This document shows, piece after piece, positions 53,301 through 64,000 of a stretch of 64,000 nucleotides of DNA. Source of the DNA: Octopus sinensis (taxonomy: Eukaryota); contig NW_021834179.1 in NCBI RefSeq assembly GCF_006345805.1, positions 1 through 64,000 on the forward strand, given 5' to 3'. The notes beneath the pieces were generated by a model, which was given only the letters and a program-made list of their open reading frames with translations, did no database searches and was not told the origin of the DNA. The translations under genes and the position numbers were made by a program. Each line of letters starts with the position of its first letter. Positions within the stretch are counted from its first letter, which is position 1.

Positions 53301-56300
53301 CCCCTGTAATTAGATATATTTCTCAGTGGACATAGATGACACAGACACAGAACTACCCCCCCGTCTTTAGCACAGAAGATTTCATTGGTTTGTCATATGA
53401 AAGACCAAGAACTTCAAGGGCCTCCTGGACATAGATGACACAGAACTACCCCACGTCCTTACCACAGAAAATTTCATTGGTCTGTCATATGAAAGACCAA
53501 GAATTTCAAGGGCCTCGAGATGGTACTACTCTGGTGTGTGGTCTGCATTTTAAAGGGCAGTTACTTCAGGCTTCTCTTTAGTTTACTCTTCAATGTCTAA
53601 AGAGAAACTGTGAAATTTTGTTTTGGTACCCCTACCAGTCATCCGAAAATTTGACACAGAGATAGATTGAAAAGGACTTTTTTTATTCAATCAGTAAAAT
53701 ATAGAAAAACATTTCCGTAGCGGATAGAGCAATAAGTTTGGCAGTCATGAGTTTTGCAACGTAAAGATGACAAAATTTCACCGTTTCCCTTTTTCTTCCA
53801 TCTTCCATTCCTTTATTTCTCTCCATCACAACGATGAGATGGTGCAACATTTTATTCATTATCTAAAAGTCCATTTCTTCGTAAAAATGCAAATACCTCC
53901 TCTCGCCGCTGTGTATAAATCTTTAGCCAAAATCTTCAGAGCTTTTAGAAATTGCAAATTATAGAAAAAAAGTAACCTAAAGTATTTTGCCTTTAATTTG
54001 TGAATCCCACACCCAGCACCACCCTCATGTTTTTATTTCAGAATTTACTTTTTCTTAGACTAGTTGCCTTAACGAAGCTGTAGAGTTCAGTCTATCCTAC
54101 GAGTCAAAGGTTAGCAAAATTACGGCATTGGTAAGAAAACTCTCAGCAACCAGTCTTCATATTGTGTCAGAGTAATAAAATAATGATTTAAACTAAACAT
54201 AAAATAATAACGGTATATATATAAAAGAATATGAAAAACATAATAATGATAATGTTTTAAAAGCAAACTGCTGGAAGTTAACAAAGTTGAAAGGTTAAAA
54301 AGTCTGCCAGGTTTTCCGTTGAGTCTTACTAGTAACATTGTGACCCAGGACAAAGTGCTGCATGGATGGGTTGTTGGCGACTCAACCAGTGAAACGTCCA
54401 AGATTGCTTGGTGAGGAGGTGTTTGTTGGACAACGAGGGGCGGGGGTGAGAAACTAGAAAGGAAACAGAAAGAAGTGGTGGAAAGACGGATGGACATGTG
54501 CACACACACACACACACGCACACACACACACACCATTGCTTACGACGGGCTTCTTTCAGTGTCCGTCAACGAACTCCACTCACAAGACTTTTCAAAAGCG
54601 AATGAATAATGCGAAATTCTTTTCATTTCATGTCCTTTGTCTGGAAATCTTTCGTCACACATCCTGTGACCTCTTCATAGAATAAGAACAATAATCCTTT
54701 CTACTTATAGGCACAAGGCCTGAAATTGTGGGGAGGGGGAGAGGGGATTAGATCGACCCCAGTACTCAAATGGTACTCAAGCACGAAATGAGGAAAGGCG
54801 AAGTTGACCTCGGCGGAATTTGAACTCAGAACATAGCGGCAGACGAAATACCTATTTCTTTACTACCCACAAGGGGTTAAACACAGAGGACAAACAAGGA
54901 CAGACAAACGGAATAAGTCAATTACAACGAGCTCAGTGCGTAACTGGTACTTATTTAATCGACCCTCGAAAGGATGAAAGGCAAAGTCGATCTCGGCGGA
55001 ATTTGAACTCAGCACGTAACGGCGGACGAAATACCGCTAAGCATTTCGCCCGGCGTGCTAACGTCTCTGCCAGCTCGCCACCTTACAACGCATAATTATT
55101 GATGACGTGAAAAGCAATCACAGATTTTATAGTGAAAGGTACATAACTTTTGCAGAGAAGTCCCTTAGTCTTTTAATAAAATTTGCTAAGGCAGAAGTTT
55201 AGGTTCTAAGCTGCTCCAAGTCAACTTTCGTCTTTCGTTCTTCCCTGGACAATGGAATAATGCACCAATCGCATTCCATTCCGATTTTATCGATTATGCC
55301 CCGCATCATCGATTAAAATCTTGTGATTATGTTAGAAATTAGGAAATAGTTCAAGGAAGCATATAGGTGGAAAAGACTGGTCTTCCATATGTTGTGGTGA
55401 TCTTCAGGGAGGAATTCCTCATTCTGGCCAGAGTGACGCAGGAAGAAGCGAGAGAGAGGACAAGGTAGATACCCGCATTTCTGGCAAACCCGATATGTTG
55501 ACAAGAGGAGGGGACACTTAATCTGTTTGTAAAGATTCTATCAACAACCCCTTCACGTGCACTTATAGTGACATCAGGAGGGACCAGTTGCAGGGTTCTG
55601 GCAAGTTACTGCCTAGGCTGCCAGAACCAACAATGGAATGGAATCTGAAGGAACCGAGCATCAGTGAAATGGGAAAAGGATGAGGATGGTGAGATTTATC
55701 ACAGCATAATTGAGTGGTCTATAAGAACTGCTGGAAGCTACTCTATCGGGTGTGGAGGGTCCTACATATAACCTGGAGGAGAAGATAGGTTACCCAGTCA
55801 CAGACATACATCGAAGGGATGAATATACCGAAGGAGACAAGGGCCGAGATTATCAACCTATGTTGAGTCATCCCCTTACTCAGTGTAGATAGCAAGATTC
55901 TCTTAGACATTCTGTTTGAGTGACCCTCCAACTTTCTGCTAAAGAACAATTGTATAGACAGGGTTTTACGGAAGGGAGTCATACTGAGCTGGGTGTCACT
56001 GGTTTCCCTGTACTTTTGGTTAAAAAAAAGTGAAACACATTTCAAGAGACATCTGCAGAAATATTCCACTATAGGTGGTCTTACATTCTATTAGAAACAA
56101 CAGCCAACTGCCATTGAATTTGCATTATTTCTCTGCATCTTGTGATACTGCATTTAGATCTGCAGAAATTTTCATAGACACAAATACATCTCAGAGAATC
56201 ATGCAATGAGCAAATAAATAGGATTTTTATCATACAGATTTAACTTGAACCCCTATTTGTCTCCCTAACACAGCTGCTGCACCTTAATTATTTAATCCAA

Positions 56301-57509
56301 TACAGTCATACAACCCAAGGCCTATTTCTCTGAAACAGTCATCTACTTTTTGAAAAATATTTCCATCTAACAATCGACAGAACAATGGGCCTTCGTGGGC
56401 CCTGTTCCATATTAATTTTAGTCATTGCGTCTAATTGAATTCCATATTTAGAAAGCTTTTTCAAATCTTCCAGTAATTTTCTCCAATTAATCATCATTAA
56501 TGTCTGGAATACAGCTACCAACAATATTATTTGAGAGACAAACTTTCTTCGATTAACCTGCATTTGCTTTTTCCATTAATAATTTCTGTGGTTTTCGTTT
56601 CTCCTGGCAACAAAAATTCTTCCCCAACGCAGCATGTTTTTGTTTCTTTTTTTTGGCTATTTTCTGCACGTGGTCACTTTTATAAATATAAATTAAATTA
56701 AAAGAAAATATATTCCAATAAATCATATAAACAGTAACTTATGGTTTTTGTATGACTGAGCTTTGGCAATTAACAAGTATTTTTTAACAAAAGCAAACCA
56801 AACAAAACAATTACTCACGAGCTAAAAAAAAACACGTCTGAACGATAGCTTAAACTGTGCTCTATAATTTGTTATTACCTATAGAGGCGATACAAAGAAA
56901 ATGACAACACAATCATGAATGATTTGACGATGTAGAGCAATTGGGGTCAATTAAAAATTGTACGACAGGCGTCTTTAATTTTTCGTCAACGAAAACCTCT
57001 CACAAGGCTCTGGTAGGCCCGAGTTGTCAGGCAGTGAGACTGAACTTGAAGGCGCGTGGTTGGAAAACAGCTTCTTATCACACAGCCAATAAAAATATTA
57101 GAAATATTAAAATTGCTAAGGCTCCTAAAAGAGAACACGGCAGCGTTCCCGGAAATAATAGTTATCGCCATACTAATATGGCATTCTTATAAAAATAAGA
57201 ATAAAGCTGTCCGCTTATTAGCTCCATGAGGCCATCGCCTTAAGTTAGCTATTTGATACACAAACTGTATCCATATAACCTTCGAAAAAGGGAGGTCAGT
57301 CGCTCCACACTACTTGACCGGCAGCTACACACGCGTTTCGGGGTATTGCCCCTTTTCAATGCAGCGTAGCCAGACCAGTAGGTGTCGCTTCTGGTATTTG
57401 CAAAGGGAGGCCATCCCTTTCTCGTAAGCCTGAGTGATACTCACCGGACCGGTTTCGAGATTATTGTCTCTTATCAACGGGCGGTAACCACCATGTCCAC
57501 ACACACCCG

Positions 57510-57552
<43 letters not shown>

Positions 57553-57591
57553 TAATAAGAAGACGAATAAGAATAATATATTATATGTATA

Positions 57592-57646
<55 letters not shown>

Positions 57647-57648
<2 letters not shown>

Positions 57649-57998
57649 TCCCGGGTTGAGTCGGGGTTAACCACAGTAAATAAGGTACTCAATACATAGC
57701 AGAGTAAATTAATTTATTTTATAGAAGGAGCTTCTACGGGACTAGAACTGTTTCATTCAAAAGGAATCGTCAGGAAACTAGGTGACAAGAGTAGTTTTGG
57801 CATTTATACATTTAGGCAGGTTTAAAGGGGTGGTGGTGGGGGACTTTTTTGGGGTAGACATGGCGCAAACTATCATTCTTAGGGGAGTGGTCAAAGGAAT
57901 CAGTGGTAAAGTAGATAAAAGAATAAATAAAGGAATAAAGGAATAAATAGAAAAATAGAGTTTTAGGTAAGTAAGGAGACTCTCACTTATACATATAC

Positions 57999-58040
<42 letters not shown>

Positions 58041-58878
58041 GTACATATACACATACACACACACACATACACATATGTATACATATACATACATACATAT
58101 ACACACATATACATACATACACATATACATATATACATACACATACGTACACATACACACATACACCCATATACACATGTACATATGTACCCATATACAT
58201 GTATCTACGTACACGCCCATACCCATACTCATACATACACTTATATATGTCTACACACATATATATATTAAAGGGATATACACCCCATACACACACGCTC
58301 CCATATCCATATATATATATATATATATACATATATATTTACACACACCCATATACACATATAAATACATACATACACATACATACGTATACATATATAT
58401 ATATATAATATATATATATATTATACATATATATATATATATACACACATATTATACACACACACACATACATACACATTAAATGCATATACATGCACAC
58501 ACATACACACACATTTCTTCCCTTATTTTATTTTTATTTTTTTTTGTTTTTATTTTTATTTTTATCTTGACCTCGGCCAGCCAGTCCGGCACTGAAGTGA
58601 TGTCGTCCCAAGGGAACTAGTCTAAAGAATCCATTTTGCATTGCCCTCTCCCTTCCTTTCTATCTTTCTACTCACTGATACGAACACAAACACTCACACA
58701 CGCACACACACTCACACGTACACTCATACACATACACACACACATGTGTTATATTCATACATACATACATCTATACACCCACAAAAGATAGTCCATACAT
58801 ATACACAAATAATATATACACAATAAATATATATACATATACATATACACATACATACGCATACATACACACACACAC

Positions 58879-58945
<67 letters not shown>

Positions 58946-59631
58946 ACATATATATATATATATATACACATACACAAACACGTACGCGCATACCTACATA
59001 TACATACACACATATATACATACACACATATATACATACACCAGTCATATACATGCCTATATACCCATACATCCATATATCTATACATATACATACACGT
59101 ATATATACACAAGCACATACTAATACACACGCACACACATCTATCTACATATATAAAAAAGAAACCCAACAAGTCCATACATGTACACATACATACATGC
59201 ATATACACATATATACCCATACACATATACACATACATACACATACACATATATATACACACATAAATATATTACATATATACACATGCATATACAGACA
59301 CACATGCATACACATACACACACCGCCGCATCTATATATACACATAAGTACATACATGCATAAATGTATACATATGTTTATACATATTCATACACATACA
59401 CACACACCACGCCATCCTTATATACATAAATACATACATGCATACAACATATACATATACATACATGCATACTCAAATAATAAATATTAAATATATATAC
59501 ATGCAGTTACCCATTATACAGACATACATACATATAAACATACACATATACCTATTTACACATATGTATATATACATACATACATACACATACCATAACT
59601 CTACTACCTACATATACATAAACACAATCGT

Positions 59632-59678
<47 letters not shown>

Positions 59679-62174
59679 CATACATATACACATATACATA
59701 CACATACACATGCATATACACGCACGTAAATACACGCACTCACATACATACGTATATTCCTACTAACACCCATACATTTCTATACATATATACAATACAT
59801 ATATACAAGTGTACACATACAATATGTGAATAGTCTTAGGAGAAAAGGTAATTGGGGGTGCTGGGGAACGGTGGGGTGGGGGTTGTGAGGGGGGGTGTCG
59901 TCAATCGAGTTGCCGGGTGGGTCTGTAGTTTTGTAGTTTGCATAAATTTTATGCATGCAATTTGGGGAGTGGTAGTAGTCACTTATTTCAGCCGAGTCGC
60001 TAGCACCCATTCTTGTCAGCATTTTTTCTGGTGATGGTTAAAGGCACTGGGGTGTGCAGGATATGTTTCGACGTCAGATGGGTGCTAGCGACTCGGCTGA
60101 AATAAGTGATCTTGTGGGCCTTTCATCCTCCATAGGCTGAAGACCCTATTCACAGGCCTCTCGGTGGTCTTTACCGCGATGATGGCCTTTTTTGCCCTCC
60201 ACAAAATAACCCCAGGACCACGGATGGGTTCCGGAAATCTTTACACTTTTTTTAAAAACTTGGACTTGGGATTACCTTAGAATCCAACTTAACCAAAGCT
60301 AACTTCCTTGACGTTACCCTCGACTTAAAAACCTCACTTTATTACCCGTACCACAAACCAAATGAATCCCTTAGATATATAGACATTAATTCCAACCACC
60401 CCAAAAATATATTAGACAACCAAGTAAAAAGTGTCTCAATTAGAATATCTAGCCTGTCCGCTACAAACATATTACAACGAGGCCTGGCCCGCAGTGGCTT
60501 TGAAGATAGATCACCTATACTAGCATAGCCCCACGCCAACCCAGGAAAAATAGGCGAAGAACATTATTGGTGTACAACCCCTCCCCCCATCTTCAACCGT
60601 GAGGTCGCTACACCTGTAGCTAAAATCTTCTCACACTCCTACAGAAACACTTCCCCACCCAACATAAGTACTATACACTCCTAAATAAGAACACCATTAT
60701 ACTCTCCTACTCTACCACGCCCAATCTAGCCAGAACCTAGCCAACAATAACGTGAAAAAACTTAGAAATCTACTTTTTCCGAGGCCCATCCAACATCCGA
60801 TAGCAATTGCAATGCCCTGATAAAACCACTTGCCCCTCAACACAACTGCCTACAGAAGGACCTCGTCTACACATGCGAGGTACGATCAGGCCCGATGATA
60901 AAAGGAAATCGTACATCGGAATGACGTCAAACAGCTTTAAGACTCGTTGGTACGCCACACACATTCGTTCCGGCGACCTGACAAATCCAACCAAACTACC
61001 CTCGCCGCCCACATCTGGTACCTTAAAAGGAACTCCATCCCCTTCATGATCAAGTGGAGACTACTACAGAGGGCGCGTTCGTACACAGGAGGCCATACCT
61101 GCTGTGACCTTTGCATTTCTGAGGGCCTGGAGATCTTGTTCGACAAAGGCCTCTCCTCAACAAGATCTCGGAACACTCCCCAAATTGCATGCATAAAATT
61201 TATGCAAACTACAAAAACTACAGACCCACCAGGCAACTCGATTGACGACACCCCTCACAACCCCCCACCCCACCGTTCCCACACCCCCAATTACCTTTTC
61301 TCCTAAGACTATTCACATATTGTATGTGTACACTTGTATATATGTTGTATATATGTATAGAAATGTATGGGTGTTAGTAGGAATATACGTATGTATGTGA
61401 GTGCGTGTATTTACGTGCGTGTATATGCATGTGTATGTGTATGTATATGTGTATATGTATGTTTGTAATATATATATATTATATATATATATATATTTGG
61501 TGTGTGTGTGTGTGTGTACGATTGTTGTTTATGTATATGTAGGTATGTAGATTATGTGTATGTGTATGTATGTATGTATAATACATATGTGTAAATAGGT
61601 ATATATGTGTATGTTTATATGTATGTATCCGTCTGTATAATGGGTAACTGCATGTATATATATTATTTATTATTTGAGTATGCATGTATGTATATATGTA
61701 TATGTTGTATGCATGTATGTATTTATGTATATAAGGATGTGCGTGTGTGTGTGTATGTGTATGAATATGTATAAACATATGTATACATTTATGCATGTAT
61801 GTACTTATGTGTATATATAGATGCGCGTGTGTGTGTATGTGTATGCATGTGTGTCTGTATATGCATGTGTATATATGTATATATATTTATGTGTGTATAT
61901 TATGTGTATGTGTATGTATGTATATGTGTATGGGTATATATGTGTTATGCATGTATGTATGTGTACATGTATGGACTTGTTGGGTTTCTTTTTTATATTG
62001 TAGATAGATGTGTGTTCGTGTGTATTAGTATGTGCTTGTGTTATATACGTGTATGTATATGTATAGATATATGGATGTATGGGTATATAGGCATGTATAT
62101 GACTGGTGTATGTATATATGTGTGTATGTATTATGTGTGTATGTATATGTAGGTATGCGCGTACGTGTTTTGTG

Positions 62175-62218
<44 letters not shown>

Positions 62219-62954
62219 TATATGTATATGTATATATATATATATTGTGTGTGTGTGTGTATGCGTATGTATGTGTATATGTATATGTATATATTTATTT
62301 GTGGTATATATTTATTTGTGTATATGTATGGACTAGTCTTTTGTGGGTGTATAGATGTATGTATGTATGAATATAACACATGTGTGTGTGTATGCTTGTG
62401 CATGTGTGTGTATGGGTGGTATATCCCCTTTAATATATATATATGTGTGTAGACATATATAAGTGTATGTATGAGTATGGGTATGGCGTGTACGTAGATA
62501 CATGTATATGGGTACATATGTACATGTGTATATGGGTGTATGTGTGTATGTGTACGTATGTGTATGTGTATATATGTATATGTGTATGTATGTATATGTG
62601 TGTATACGTATGTATATATATGTATACATATGTGTATGTGTATATGTACATACACACCACATATATATATGTATATATATGTATATGTATATGTATAGTG
62701 AGAGTCTCCTTATTTACCTAAAACTCTATTTTTCTATTTATTCTTTATTCCTTTATTTATTCTTTTATCTACTTTACCACCGATTCCTTTGACCACTCCC
62801 CTAAGAATGATAGTTTGCGCCATGCCTACCCCCAAAAAAGTCCCCCACCCCTTTAAACCTGCCTAAATGTATAAATGCCAAAACTACTCTTGTCACCTAT
62901 CTTCCTGATGATTTCTTTTGAATGAAACAGTTCTAGTCCTGTAGAAGCTCCTTC

Positions 62955-62960
<6 letters not shown>
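57647..62960 (+). mobile_element. Duplicate of the Naiad-type Penelope-like element with inverted pLTRs
   Basis: Near-identical to 12328-17643. Confidence 0.9.
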
Positions 62961-63016
<56 letters not shown>

Positions 63017-63021
<5 letters not shown>

Positions 63022-64000
63022 TTTCCCCAATGTGGAATGGCCTGGAAGGCAGATGCTCCCAGGGATGACACACCATCAGCAGGCACAATCGGAGTCCCTG
63101 CTCCATCTCATAAATGCCTCTTTAATGGAGCAAATTGTGCTTCAACCAACCAGGGCAAATAATATACTGGATCTCTGCCTCACAAACAATATAGACATTA
63201 TCCATAATGTTTAAGTGATGCCGACATTGGTCTCGGATCACAACATAATAGAGCTGTCTATGCATGGACCAAAAGCTCCCGCAGACGCACGGCCTATACG
63301 AAGCATCCACAATCTCCCCAAACTAAACTTTCATAAAGCAAATTAGAAGTTGATTGAGAAAGAGATCCTCAAACAGGATTAGCCTAAATGTCCTTCCACA
63401 CCATGAAATACAAACGTTTCATGTCCATTATACAACCCATATACGACAAATATGTTCCAGTGTGCAGGTCCAGTACAAACAAAACAGGATCCCTAGAGAA
63501 AGGAGGATTTTATGAGACGACGGACAAGGATTGCGAACCGACTGAGCAAGCACACCAAAAGTGGTGAAAAGTCTCGCCTCGAGAGAATGTTAATGGAAAT
63601 TGAGAAATGTCTGCATCAGTCCCATGAAAAGGAGAGAGCAGATAAAGAAGCTTGGGTAATAGAAAATATCAAGTCAAACCCTAAAGCTTTCTTTAAGTTT
63701 GCCAAAGATACAGCCACAGTGCGTCAGAGGATAGGACCGCTCTTCTAAAAAGATGGCTCCCTCACAGGAAATCCCACGTGGGTAAGTGAAATACTGAACG
63801 AACAGTTCCAAAGTGCGTTCCCGACACCTCTAGGACACAGGCAAGTAAACAACCAGAAGAGTTTTTGCCACTTTACCTGTAGCCAAAGAGGCAAAAATTG
63901 AGTACATCAACATTGAAGATGATGATATCACACTCGCCATAGATGAGATTGACACAAACTTAGCTGTTGGACCTGATGGATTTCCAGCGATCCTTCTCAA
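63017..64000 (+). mobile_element. Duplicate of the CR1-clade LINE, cut by the window end
   Basis: Matches 17700-18685. Confidence 0.9.

Larger units (their letters stand above)
45331..64000 (+). repeat. Near-identical direct duplication of 1-18685
   Basis: Identical start tccgaaatctatccac; the ORF track repeats with an offset drifting from 45330 to 45315. Confidence 0.97.

Overview
Repeat-dense eukaryotic DNA with no intact host gene. The SINE, microsatellite and LINE repertoire suggests a cephalopod (Octopus-like) genome; this is an inference. Bases 1-18685 recur almost identically at 45331-64000 (offset about 45.3 kb). Mobile elements include Dong/R4-type RLE retrotransposons inserted in (TAA)n, CR1 and RTE LINE relics, Naiad-like Penelope elements (YRDD RT, GIY-YIG, kb-scale inverted pseudo-LTRs), non-autonomous Helitrons and tRNA-derived SINEs. 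Three diverged copies of a decayed multi-C-type-lectin-domain gene lie between 23.1 and 43.2 kb. The main find is a set of hand-folded minimal type I hammerhead ribozymes: ten in the non-duplicated unit, plus copies in the duplicate. They sit in Penelope LTRs and in short non-coding fold-back or permuted elements that resemble retrozymes. Their cores show C3-G8, U3-A8 and G3-C8 variants, and stem III keeps a palindrome (whole stem or loop) while its sequence changes. All calls come from reading the sequence by eye; no searches were run.
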